DNA of 64,000 bases from Candidatus Poribacteria bacterium (GTDB lineage: Bacteria; Poribacteria; WGA-4E; WGA-3G). The position numbers and the translations under genes are program-made. Below are positions 27,512 to 37,150 of the stretch, piece after piece (within the stretch, counting starts at the first letter, position 1; the number at the start of each line of letters is the position of its first letter). The stretch lies in contig OZ243938.1 in the NCBI GenBank assembly GCA_965214095.1, positions 2,688,001 to 2,752,000 of the forward strand, read 5' to 3'. Under the pieces are notes generated by a model. That model had not been told where the DNA came from. It did no database searches and saw nothing but the letters and a program-made list of their open reading frames with translations.

Positions 27512-29704
27512 TTAAGCAGATTGAAATGTGTTGTATATCTCGCGTGCTCTGTTTCCAACATCTTGTAAGTACTTTTCACCGATGTGTGTGCGGTAAAGTT
27601 CGGTGAGGTCACCACTTGTTTCACCGAAGGCTTTCGCATATTTTCGGCACCCGTCTTTGTCAGGACCGGATGCATAAGCTTTGGTCTTTGCATCTGTGCC
27701 AGACTTTCTCACCTCTACAAACATATCATCAAACTTCAGGTATGTCCCATCTCCAACAAATTTGATACTTTCAAGTGTTGAAAATTCAAGTTCGGGAAGT
27801 GCATCTGAAAGGATTGCGCGCGCTTGTTTAATGTCAATTTTCTCATCACGGAGTGCGATGGCAATACCGAGGAAAAACAGATCATTTTTATCGCGTTTCG
27901 CTTCTCCTTCTCGTTTTGCATCGCGTAGTTTTTCAGGATTCGGTTCAGATTCGTTATAATAAGTAATATCTTCCCTGACATCACAAGTAGCGGTGATTTG
28001 ACTCTCTACAAAGATAGAGGCGAGATAGTCAGATAATGGTATATCCTCACGTTTGCAATGTGCTGCGAGTGCTGTGACCAATACCATAGATTCACCTGCG
28101 GATTTTTCTCGCATTGCAATGGCAGTCCTTCCACCATGACTCTGTATCAGTTTTTCTGGACCAGTAATCATTCCACCGCTCTCTTCACCGGCAAAGATGA
28201 GCCGCGGCTGCACACCGAGTGAAATAGATTCACCGTAAACATCTTGGATAACTACTGGTTTGTTTGGGGTGTCAGCTATCTGCTTTTCAATCTTTTTCAT
28301 GATTGCAGCGATCTCTTTAAATCCGACCGGGACATTTATTGCCTGAACATCGTTTATTGCTCCCCATTGGTCCCAAGCAAGGGCGGATGGAGTTGTTTTT
28401 ATCATAAACCGTGGATGATCTTCCCATAATCCCGCAGCTTGTAGTTGTTTCCTGTGGAAATCCATCAGCATGAGGAATGCTTGGTTAGGGGTGTAAATCG
28501 TTAGTAGTCGATCTTCGTCAAGCATAAGATAATCGATGCCGAGTTTTTGTAGTGTTTCAGTACGCGATGCTTCCTCTATTTGACAAACGATGAGTCGGTC
28601 ACCATCTGGGTCGGTTGCTTCAATGACTGTACCGATAGGTTGGTTTTTGAGTTTGGTCGCATAATCAGCAGATTTCACAACGTCCAGTATACTAAAATCG
28701 CATCCGAGGTCATAAAATTCAGATTCACCTGTTTTGGGGTTCCTGTCCAGTTTGCCGATGTTGTGATAGAGTGGGTCTGGTTCAATGTGTAGCCAACGAA
28801 TAGAACTGGCAATGCCTAACCTTTCAAAGATTGCTCGCATAGGGCGATACATACATCCACCGACACAATCAACGACTATGGGTGGTTTTGTCTGTCGGAT
28901 GAGGTTTAGGTTGGCATCTGTGGCAACACCGCTTTTGAGATAACCGACATAAAGTTGCACACCATCGTGGAGTTCATCTAATCTTTCAAAATCAATATGT
29001 TCGTCTGTTTCTTCGCTGAACTGAATTGGATAGCTATCCGTTTCTGCGATTTTTAGGATCTCCTCTATCTTTCTGACAAACTGCATGGACTCTTCTGGGA
29101 GATATTGACTTCCTTGATTGTTGAGATCCTTCGTTGCGTTTTTTGTGCTGACCGAGTGACTTGATGTGACGTGCTCACCGCCATCTAAATCAAGCGTGAA
29201 GATGAGGAAGGATGCCATCCAGATTGGTATTGTGCCGAACCCTTTCGGTACATAGGTTCGTATCCCTTGTGCAGCTTGTATCCGAGCAATAAATTCTACG
29301 TATTTTTGTGAGTTGTAACGCACCTCACACCCTGCAAGTTTCTCTACTGATTGTCCATCTGCTTTTTCAGTTGCGACAAGGCTTTTGCCGAGTGTCGCCA
29401 AAATAATACCGACCTGATTAATCGGAAATCGAGTGTCCCATGGATATAGGACGTTTTGTGGTCCGCGTATTCCCGCAGTAGATACTTGTGCTTCTTTAGC
29501 ATAGTTGCGGAACCATTCCCATAGGTTCAAACGTTCTATGAGTTCCTTATCAAGTGTGAATGTGAATGCATCAGGATCGTCTTGGGGGAAAAGGGGTGTT
29601 TTGATTGAGTCGGGGGTGTTCTGCTCAACGACTGCAAAGAGATGTTGTTCGGTTTTGTTTCGTTTTTCAAGTGCGGCTGCGTCTACAGCGATTACCATCT
29701 CCAC
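27512..29704 (-). CDS. Alpha-D-phosphohexomutase (PGM/PMM) superfamily, divergent long form
   Basis: STAGIRG, TSSH (phospho-Ser), DPDGDR metal loop, VPVGFK, GEESGG, RKSGT. Confidence 0.85.
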   Translation of the reverse strand: MEMVIAVDAAALEKRNKTEQHLFAVVEQNTPDSIKTPLFPQDDPDAFTFTLDKELIERLNLWEWFRNYAKEAQVSTAGIRGPQNVLYPWDTRFPINQVGIILATLGKSLVATEKADGQSVEKLAGCEVRYNSQKYVEFIARIQAAQGIRTYVPKGFGTIPIWMASFLIFTLDLDGGEHVTSSHSVSTKNATKDLNNQGSQYLPEESMQFVRKIEEILKIAETDSYPIQFSEETDEHIDFERLDELHDGVQLYVGYLKSGVATDANLNLIRQTKPPIVVDCVGGCMYRPMRAIFERLGIASSIRWLHIEPDPLYHNIGKLDRNPKTGESEFYDLGCDFSILDVVKSADYATKLKNQPIGTVIEATDPDGDRLIVCQIEEASRTETLQKLGIDYLMLDEDRLLTIYTPNQAFLMLMDFHRKQLQAAGLWEDHPRFMIKTTPSALAWDQWGAINDVQAINVPVGFKEIAAIMKKIEKQIADTPNKPVVIQDVYGESISLGVQPRLIFAGEESGGMITGPEKLIQSHGGRTAIAMREKSAGESMVLVTALAAHCKREDIPLSDYLASIFVESQITATCDVREDITYYNESEPNPEKLRDAKREGEAKRDKNDLFFLGIAIALRDEKIDIKQARAILSDALPELEFSTLESIKFVGDGTYLKFDDMFVEVRKSGTDAKTKAYASGPDKDGCRKYAKAFGETSGDLTELYRTHIGEKYLQDVGNRAREIYNTFQSA

Positions 29705-29766
29705 TCTCCATAAAAAATTTTATGATTATTATAGCATATTCGTCTTTTTTGAGGGAGTTAATTTGG

Positions 29767-29962
29767 TAGGTTTGCTTAGGAAACCGAACCGGCTTTGTGC
29801 TAAATACCTTCATAGAGGTTCTCGCGTAGGATCCGGTTCGGTTAGGAAACCGAACCTACCAGCCTGGGGAAAACGCCTAATTTACACTAAATTGACGCCC
29901 ATGATGCGGTTAGGAAACCGCATCTACCGTGGAGTGTGCAAGTATTTTTACATGTCACTATA
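29767..29962. repeat. REP family A array with a solo IS4-type end (ctaaattgacgcccatg) and TATAGTG end
   Basis: Three ggt(t/g)cggttaggaaaccg-type hairpins; matches 24901-25008 and the IS4 right TIR. Confidence 0.8.
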
Positions 29963-30000
29963 ATCCGCGAAAATCCGAGATCCTGACATAAAAGGAAAAC

Positions 30001-30031
30001 AAAAAAGCCGTGTACCAAATACACGACTTTT
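30001..30031 (-). terminator. Probable intrinsic terminator
   Basis: aaaaaagccgtgta-ccaaa-tacacgactttt hairpin just downstream of the 30063-30992 gene. Confidence 0.6.
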
Positions 30032-30062
30032 CTATTATTTACGATCTAATCTATTAATACAA

Positions 30063-30992
30063 TTACTCATCACCCCAAGCACGACCGCGTTTAACCCATA
30101 AACGTTGTCCAACGCTTAGTTTGTTTCTATTAAAGATGTAATCGTCCTGATTTCCTGCGACTAACCGCGTCCACTTCTCGGCATCGTCATAAATCTCAGG
30201 ACGCGCAGCGATGTGTTTAAGTGCGGCTTCACCGTTAGCTTCTTCAATATCCTCTTCCTTTACGAGATATCTGTCAACCGGTTCAGGACTTGTCACACTA
30301 AAACTGAAACTGTAGGAGGATGCAAGGGTATTTCCTGCCATATCTGTTGCACCAGAAACGGTTACAGTATACATGCGTCCGGCACGCATCGGCATATCTG
30401 AAGTAAATGCCACAGAATCACCTTCACCGCTTACGGTACCAGAAAGTGTTGCTTCCGCAGGTTCGCTCATAGAGTCTTCTGTTTTAGCAACGGCAACATC
30501 AATTGTAACGCTATTTGCATTAATCGGTTCACTAAAGGTAACAGACAAGTTATCCCGGACATTCAAAGAGTTTTCGTACTCAGAGAAAACAGTGGCATCT
30601 GTAGGATCAGTGCTGGTTACCGTTGGTGGGGTTGCATCGGTGTATGTAAACTTTTGCGTAAGGGTAACAGGGGCATCTGGTTTTCCTTTATTGATAATAA
30701 CAACATCCACTGTTTGTCCTGCTGTGCCTGGAGGTGTATTCACAGTTACTTCTGTCTTACTCGGAACTGAAACATCAGTGCCTTGTTGTCCACCGAAAGT
30801 CACTGTAACACCGTTTTTCATGTCAAACTTTTCGCCAGTAATACGGACAGCTGTTCCACCGGTTTCTTTTCCCTCAAGTGGTGTCATTCCTGATGGCACC
30901 GGTTCAGGATTACAACCTCCGCATCCTACCATCCATGCACAGACAAATGCAAAGATCGCATAAATGGCTATATTTCTGTGTGTGTTCATCAA
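30063..30992 (-). CDS. Lipoprotein with IPT/TIG, bacterial Ig-like and degenerate LysM domains
   Basis: Lipobox VGC; P..G..TGGT.V.ITG..F; DATPPTVTSTDP..VTFSEPI..D.AGN; L..IAAR..IY.D...W..L...N..L.VGQ.L. Confidence 0.82.
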   Translation of the reverse strand: MMNTHRNIAIYAIFAFVCAWMVGCGGCNPEPVPSGMTPLEGKETGGTAVRITGEKFDMKNGVTVTFGGQQGTDVSVPSKTEVTVNTPPGTAGQTVDVVIINKGKPDAPVTLTQKFTYTDATPPTVTSTDPTDATVFSEYENSLNVRDNLSVTFSEPINANSVTIDVAVAKTEDSMSEPAEATLSGTVSGEGDSVAFTSDMPMRAGRMYTVTVSGATDMAGNTLASSYSFSFSVTSPEPVDRYLVKEEDIEEANGEAALKHIAARPEIYDDAEKWTRLVAGNQDDYIFNRNKLSVGQRLWVKRGRAWGDE

Positions 30993-31159
30993 TTACTTCT
31001 CCTTATCATCAAGAACGGGTATGTTCTATCTTACGAAGTATAATTTCTTGCAGTTTGGGTAATCGCATTCCAAGTTGTAATATCGGATTGAGTTACATCC
31101 TAAAATCACGATTTTCTAAAATTATACATGCAAACCTGTGTAGTTGTCAACCTTTTTTA

Positions 31160-32008
31160 TTATCCACGCCATGTGGTACGCTTTAACGGATCGTGGACGT
31201 TAACGACAAGTTCAGGACCAAAACCTTCAATTGCTAATTGTACCGTATCACCGTCACCAACCGCGGTAAGTGCCTCGTGATGCGTGCCTGTAGAGACTAC
31301 ATCACCCGGTTCCAATGTTAGCACGTTCGTTACCTCTGCAAGCAATTCTGGGACGAAACGCGCCATTGCGTTCGTGGAAAAATCGTGTTGCAATCTGTCA
31401 TTTATCCAGAGTTGTACATCGAGCGCATTCGGGTCGGGAACTTCATCAGCAGTGATAAGCACTGGTCCCATCGGGGCAAAAGTGTGCCAACTTTTCCCTA
31501 AGAAGAACCCACCCGGCAAACCGCGCGCAGATACATCAATAAATTGTGTGTATCCGAACACATGGTCAAGCGCATTTTCTTCGGTTAGGTGTTTGGCAGT
31601 TTTCCCGATGACAATCGCTAACTCAGGTTCAAAATGAAAAACAGTTACATCCGCTTCTGGGAGTTCAACTGTCTCTTTCGTAGGAATAACACCCGTTGGG
31701 GACTTAAGGAAGGCATTGAAATCACCACGAGATGGACTGTCCGGTTCAATGTAGTTACCAGCAAGACAAACAAGTTGTCCAGGACGCGGCAGTGGGGCAT
31801 TAAGGGTGACGTTATCTAACGAAATTGGGATGTCGTTTTCTGCTATATCCACAATTTTTGAATGCAGATTATCATAATCTGCAATTACCATTTGAATCAG
31901 TTCTTGTGGGGTATGGTATTGAATATCGTTGAGTGCATTGCTGATATCAACGATTCCATTTTCTTTTAATACACCAAGATGGTAATCATCAAAGAATGCA
32001 AGTTTCAT
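31160..32008 (-). CDS. Fumarylacetoacetate hydrolase family protein
   Basis: C.AGNY, HFEPELAIVIGK, DVSAR, GKSW.TFAPMGP, LEPGDVVSTGT. Confidence 0.93.
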   Translation of the reverse strand: MKLAFFDDYHLGVLKENGIVDISNALNDIQYHTPQELIQMVIADYDNLHSKIVDIAENDIPISLDNVTLNAPLPRPGQLVCLAGNYIEPDSPSRGDFNAFLKSPTGVIPTKETVELPEADVTVFHFEPELAIVIGKTAKHLTEENALDHVFGYTQFIDVSARGLPGGFFLGKSWHTFAPMGPVLITADEVPDPNALDVQLWINDRLQHDFSTNAMARFVPELLAEVTNVLTLEPGDVVSTGTHHEALTAVGDGDTVQLAIEGFGPELVVNVHDPLKRTTWRG

Positions 32009-32032
32009 TCAGTGTTTTGCTCCTATGTTAAA

Positions 32033-33133
32033 TTATTTGATAAGTGGATGACTCCGTTCTTTCAAAGGTAGTCGCACCTTTGAGGCGGAGAAATGTGACA
32101 CATAAGTAGCACTTACACACTCAAGAGAAGTAAGGGCATTGTGTCCACCGAGTTCTGGTTGATTTCCATTAAGTATTGCGTCTCTCATATTTTGAGCACT
32201 CCAGATCGTATGTCGAGACTTCCACGTTTTTCCAGAGATGATAAAAGCTGTTGCGTCAAGTTCTATCTGTTCCCAAACGGGTGTATGTGCTGCAAATGAA
32301 ACATCAAAAGGACAATACCACATCTCATCTATACCTGTCTGTGGGTTCGGTTTAATCATCAGTTGTCCTTCGGAACCGAGAAGATGTGGTCCCATCATCC
32401 ATCCGTGCCGTAGTTCGCGTTGATAAAGTTCCATGATGCCATAAGCACCGTTTGTACTACCGATATGTACAAGCATTGTATCACCTGCAACAATGCCGTT
32501 GTCACGCCTATCAGTTTTGCACAATTCACTGCTGTGCATGATATCAGCATCCGTTACATCGTGTCCTTGATAGGTAATATGTGCTTGAACCCACGAGATG
32601 CCGTCAAGGAAGAAATCCATTTCGTCAAAGTAGTGGACACCCATCTCCATCAGTTCAAATCCTGCTTCGCGTCCTTTGCCGACTTCACGGATTGATCGTA
32701 ATTCACCTATTTTCCCTGTATCAACTAACGACTTTGCGTGCCGAAACAGCGGCGTAAAACGAAATTGATGACTAACTGCTAAATGGACATCCGCTTCATT
32801 GCATGCAGCGAGCATCTGGTCTGCTGTCTCTAAATCAACTGAAAGTGGCTTTTCACATAAAACATGGATACCCGCTTTTGCCGCTGCAATTGTAATCGGC
32901 GCGTGTAATGGGGCATGCGTACATACGCTGACAATATCAAGCGTTTCATTCGCAAACATTTCATGATAGTCAGTGTATCGGTTTGAAACAACGTATTCAT
33001 CAGCGCGGCTGTTCAGGACATCACGATTGATGTCACACATTGCGACAAGTGCAACACCTCCTAAACCGTCATAAGCTGCAGCGTGGCTACGACTAATCCC
33101 ACCACAACCGACTATCCCTGCGCGTAATGTCAC
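32033..33133 (-). CDS. Gfo/Idh/MocA oxidoreductase
   Basis: GIVGCGGIS, HVLCEKPL, HQFRF. Confidence 0.92.
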   Translation of the reverse strand: MTLRAGIVGCGGISRSHAAAYDGLGGVALVAMCDINRDVLNSRADEYVVSNRYTDYHEMFANETLDIVSVCTHAPLHAPITIAAAKAGIHVLCEKPLSVDLETADQMLAACNEADVHLAVSHQFRFTPLFRHAKSLVDTGKIGELRSIREVGKGREAGFELMEMGVHYFDEMDFFLDGISWVQAHITYQGHDVTDADIMHSSELCKTDRRDNGIVAGDTMLVHIGSTNGAYGIMELYQRELRHGWMMGPHLLGSEGQLMIKPNPQTGIDEMWYCPFDVSFAAHTPVWEQIELDATAFIISGKTWKSRHTIWSAQNMRDAILNGNQPELGGHNALTSLECVSATYVSHFSASKVRLPLKERSHPLIK

Positions 33134-33163
33134 AATAAGCTCCGAATAAAATTTGTAGTTGTG

Positions 33164-34183
33164 TCAGTGTGCCTTGTTCTTATTCGTTTCCAACAATGCC
33201 TGCCACTGCTTTTCGTCAACAAGCACACCCTTTTCTAAACTCTCCTGCCGTGTGTGTAACATACCTTCTCCCGGGTACCGCACCTTTTCGTTTTCATCCA
33301 ACGGAACAGCGGTATGAAAGTCATTGATAATTGCTTCCACGGTTTCGTCTAATGCTGTCTGTCCCATCATACCAGAGGCATTGATAGCAATATAGACCTG
33401 AGAAACAGCATATTCTGATTTCTGTTTCCCAATCTGATGTGTCGCTTGTCCACCTGAAATAAGCGCAGCCATTGTGTCAAGCACCAATGCCAATCCAGAA
33501 CCTTTCCAATAGCCGATTGGGAGTGCTCTTTGGGAATTGAGAATCTCTGCAGGTTCAATCGTTAGTACACCCTGAGTATCATACCCACCCGGTAAGGGCA
33601 ACTGCTTGCCTTGTATTTTAAGCACCTCTAATTTCCCGTTTGAATACTGACTCATCGCCATATCAAGTAGAATATGTCCATCATCACGAGGTATAGCAAT
33701 CGCTAATGGATTGTTCCCAATCTTCTTCTCAGCAGAACCCCACGGCGGCATGAGTTTAGTCGTATTTGTCCAACACATTCCGATAAATCCAGACTCTGCT
33801 GCTTGTAGGGCATAAGCTCCACCACGCATCCAATGGTTTGTATTGGAAAGTCCCACACAACCGATACTGTGTGTTTCCGCAAGTTCCATTGCGCGTTGCA
33901 TACATGAGTGCGCGTTCACAAGACCTACACCCATCTTTCCATCCCAACGTTCTATCGCACCGAAACTCTCTATTTTTTCCGGTTGTGCCCGGAAATCAAT
34001 CTGTTTGCTTTTTAGTCCTGCCACAAATCCCGGAAACCGATTGAGACCGTGTGAATAAACACCATCACGTTGGTTTTCTGCGAACAAACGCGCGCATAAT
34101 CGCGCACGTTCATCTGCAAATCCAACAGACGAAAGCACACGATAGAATTCATCACATAAAGTTTGGAAAGGTACATGTATCAT
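33164..34183 (-). CDS. yiaK: 3-dehydro-L-gulonate 2-dehydrogenase (2,3-diketo-L-gulonate reductase)
   Basis: DGVYSHGLNRFP, NTNHWMRGG.Y, MPPWG, GNNPL, DMAMSQYS.GKLE, GYWKGSGL. Confidence 0.9.
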   Translation of the reverse strand: MIHVPFQTLCDEFYRVLSSVGFADERARLCARLFAENQRDGVYSHGLNRFPGFVAGLKSKQIDFRAQPEKIESFGAIERWDGKMGVGLVNAHSCMQRAMELAETHSIGCVGLSNTNHWMRGGAYALQAAESGFIGMCWTNTTKLMPPWGSAEKKIGNNPLAIAIPRDDGHILLDMAMSQYSNGKLEVLKIQGKQLPLPGGYDTQGVLTIEPAEILNSQRALPIGYWKGSGLALVLDTMAALISGGQATHQIGKQKSEYAVSQVYIAINASGMMGQTALDETVEAIINDFHTAVPLDENEKVRYPGEGMLHTRQESLEKGVLVDEKQWQALLETNKNKAH

Positions 34184-34187
34184 TACA

Positions 34188-35045
34188 CTACCACATTTCA
34201 AGCCAATCCATAAGGGTTGTTATAGGTTGTGTTTGGCTGCGGATTACCCATTTGAAATCAGGATCTTTCCAATAGATTGAACCCGGATGGTCTCCGTCAC
34301 GGAGATAACGGATGTCAATTGCCCAACGAATAATCTGGCTTGTGGTGTGTGGTATGGATCTATGGAGTGTGAGATTATGGAACACCAAGGCATCTCCCAT
34401 TTCCATCGGACAGGTCACAATACGATCATCATCCACAAGTTCATCCATGACCTCAAGGAATTTACCTTCGCGCTCTTCAGTATGATGATTAACAACGCCT
34501 AATTGATGTGAACCTGCAACCACCTGCAAACAACCGTTGGTTTCATCTACTGGAACGAGAGGAATCCATGTTGTTGGGATAAGTGATTCTTCACTGACTT
34601 TACCGAAATAACCACTGTCTTGGTGCCACGGAACAACGGTCAATTGCTGCCCGGGAAGTTTTGGACGCGCATTGAAGACCGGATGTCCGATGACATCTGT
34701 TCCTGTGAGCTGACCGATAGCATCTACGAGTGGACCGGCATAATGCAGATCAAATATTTCTGAAGTTGCGATCTGTCCACGCCAAGAACGACCGAAGCGG
34801 TTGGCATGATTTCCAGCGACTTTCAGTAATCGGGTTTCAAATGGAAGTTCTGTGCCTTCATCTTCCACGGTTCCCTGTTCTTTCAGTTGCCGAATTATGT
34901 CCTCTACGACACAAGCGAACCTGTGGCGTACACCATTTATAACGGGTTCGGGGATGACGTTTTTCAGCAATAAATATCCATCGTTTTCCCATTGATGCAT
35001 CTGTTCTGTAGTAAGGGGATGTATTTGTATCTGATTTGATTCCAT
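34188..35045 (-). CDS. PhyH family dioxygenase
   Basis: ENDGYL, VPWHQD, WIPL, NGCLQVVAGSH, TLHRS, RWAIDIRY. Confidence 0.92.
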   Translation of the reverse strand: MESNQIQIHPLTTEQMHQWENDGYLLLKNVIPEPVINGVRHRFACVVEDIIRQLKEQGTVEDEGTELPFETRLLKVAGNHANRFGRSWRGQIATSEIFDLHYAGPLVDAIGQLTGTDVIGHPVFNARPKLPGQQLTVVPWHQDSGYFGKVSEESLIPTTWIPLVPVDETNGCLQVVAGSHQLGVVNHHTEEREGKFLEVMDELVDDDRIVTCPMEMGDALVFHNLTLHRSIPHTTSQIIRWAIDIRYLRDGDHPGSIYWKDPDFKWVIRSQTQPITTLMDWLEMW

Positions 35046-35086
35046 ATTTCTCTCACTTCCGTATCAACATTTTCTATTCTGGTGAT

Positions 35087-35324
35087 TTACCGATGTGTTT
35101 CTATATATGCTCGGAGTACTGTATTTATACGCGTGTGGTAATGTTTTCCTCATTCTTTGAACCATTCTAAGATTTCATGGTCAATTTGAAGATAATTTTC
35201 AGGTACAATACGATTGGCATTTTCCCAGAAGTCATTTTCAAGTTCGGGATCTCTGATGTGTCAATCGCTTCCTCTGGAAGGTTCTCAATTTCAGATAACC
35301 GTGTCTTTGAAAGACGCTATCCAT
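35087..35324 (-). pseudogene. BrnA-family antitoxin pseudogene
   Basis: Pieces IDTSEI/PELENDFWENA..IDHEILEWFKE*GKHYHTRINTVLRAYIETHR with two frameshifts and an internal TGA. Confidence 0.75.
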
Positions 35325-35374
35325 AATAGTATATCACTTATTCGTAAAATTGACGAGTCTTTTCAATTCTACAG

Positions 35375-35665
35375 TAGGGTTATTTTGTTTTAGGATTTTT
35401 GTTCAACAATATTCACAAACGTTAGATTAATCATAGGTTTGTCCTCCCATTTGTCTGAACCAGGATTTGCAGGATTAGTAGATTTTCAGGATTATGAGTT
35501 TGGTACTCCACAGTGCCTATTCACAGTTTGACTTTTATTTTCTGACTGGCACTTTGATGTTTCAGACCTCTTATCCTGGAAATCCGTCAATCCTGCAAAT
35601 CCTGGTTCAGACAAGGAAGAACTCCACTAAATTGATGTCTATGATGCCAAAAACTTTACACACCC
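35375..35665. repeat. Dispersed repeat with tgtctgaaccaggatt..caggatt core, plus solo MITE/IS ends
   Basis: Homologous to 57880-58120 and, inverted, to 42388-42445; internal inverted aatcctggttcagacaa at ~35598-35614. Confidence 0.75.
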
Positions 35666-35756
35666 AATTCTACAGTTTGATGCTCTGAAAAATTGTCTTG
35701 ATGTCGTTGACATTTTATACTGAAACTGATACGTTACACACCAAGGAGGAAACAGT

Positions 35757-37130
35757 ATGTCAACTTTGACCCAAACAGAAAACCTTATCAGACCACTCTA
35801 TATTGACGGATATACCAACCAACTTAGTTACGCGCCTGGAGAAGAAATTGCGTTCAACGTGTCAACCAGTGCTGGCAGCTACGCTATGGAAATAGCACGT
35901 ATTGGTGCAGAGCGCGAAGTCGTTTTCAACGAATCTGGACTACCGGGAGAAGCACAGCCAATTCCTGTGAACGCATCATCACACGGATGCGGATGGAACG
36001 CTACTTTTACCTTTGAAGTGCCAGATACATGGCAAAGTGGATATTATGAAGCCATTATCCGCGCTGCTGATGGAGGCGGTGATCCCATCTATAGAAACCA
36101 TCGTACTGCTGAAAGTTCACTGTTCTTTATCATTCGTCCCGCACAACCGGGAGCAAACACCTCAATACTGTTTCAACTTTCCACTAATACATATAACGCC
36201 TACACCAACTGGGGTGGTTTCAGTCTTTACGGGTATCACGGTCAGAATGGCATGCAAGGACGACGGGTTTCGTTTGATCGACCCCTTGGAAGCCAATATA
36301 GGACTTGGGAGTTGCCATTTGTTGCGTGGGCAGAGCAGAATGGATATACCCTTGATTATGCAGCGAATAGTGACCTGGAATTCCGTCCTGAAATGTTGGA
36401 ACATTACAAGCTTGTCCTGAGCCTCGGACACGATGAATACTGGTCTGCACCGATGCGCGATAATCTTGAAGCATTCATTGCGAAAGGTGGGAATGTAGCG
36501 TTTTTCAGTGGGAATGCAGTATGTTGGCAGGTGCGTTCTGAAGACGAAGGACGCGCGCTCGTTTGTTGGAAGCAAAGCTACAACCAAGATCCTATCTATA
36601 AAACCGATGATTACAGCACACTCAGCACTTTGTGGAGCCACTATTTAGTAGAACGTCCTGAAAACCATTTGACTGGTGTCGGTTTCCTTCAAGGTGGCTA
36701 TCACTTGAGCCACGGGCAATTTATGGATGGAGATGGTGCATATACGGCACACCGTCCAGAACATTGGGTGTTTGAAGGCACAGACTTAGCAAGGGATGAC
36801 AAGTTTGGTGGGCAAAATACCGTTGTCGGCTACGAATGCGATGGCTGTGAATTTACGCTTGAAGATGGTTTACCTGTTCCGACTTATCAAGATGACACAC
36901 CTGAAGGATTTACCATCCTCGCCACTGCTCCTGTCCGATGGCATCCTGATGATTGCGAATGGTATGAACGTTGGGAACAAGGTCATACCGGTGCTGCAAC
37001 GATGGGTATTTATACAAAAGGTGGCACTGTCTTTACTGCTGCGACAACAGATTGGTCTCACGGATTGTCAGGTGGCGATGCAGTTGTTGAACAGATGACG
37101 CATAATGTTTTGAAGCAGCTTTCAAAATAA
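35757..37130 (+). CDS. N,N-dimethylformamidase large (beta) subunit-like protein
   Basis: SYAPGE.I.F.VS, TYNAY.NWGG.SLY, VSFDRP, GHDEYWS, GGNVAFFSGN, GYE.D. Confidence 0.85.
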   Translation: MSTLTQTENLIRPLYIDGYTNQLSYAPGEEIAFNVSTSAGSYAMEIARIGAEREVVFNESGLPGEAQPIPVNASSHGCGWNATFTFEVPDTWQSGYYEAIIRAADGGGDPIYRNHRTAESSLFFIIRPAQPGANTSILFQLSTNTYNAYTNWGGFSLYGYHGQNGMQGRRVSFDRPLGSQYRTWELPFVAWAEQNGYTLDYAANSDLEFRPEMLEHYKLVLSLGHDEYWSAPMRDNLEAFIAKGGNVAFFSGNAVCWQVRSEDEGRALVCWKQSYNQDPIYKTDDYSTLSTLWSHYLVERPENHLTGVGFLQGGYHLSHGQFMDGDGAYTAHRPEHWVFEGTDLARDDKFGGQNTVVGYECDGCEFTLEDGLPVPTYQDDTPEGFTILATAPVRWHPDDCEWYERWEQGHTGAATMGIYTKGGTVFTAATTDWSHGLSGGDAVVEQMTHNVLKQLSK

Positions 37131-37150
37131 TGAGATAAAATCATATAGAA

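Noticed and set aside
29767-29930. CRISPR array (also considered at 25945-26018 and 58010-58066)
   Set aside because: Only 2-3 imperfect units, irregular spacing or mixed orientation, and no cas genes; most recur as dispersed REPs.
35087-35324. Selenocysteine readthrough at the TGA in the BrnA-like sequence
   Set aside because: Accompanied by frameshifts and no SECIS-like hairpin; pseudogene decay is more likely.
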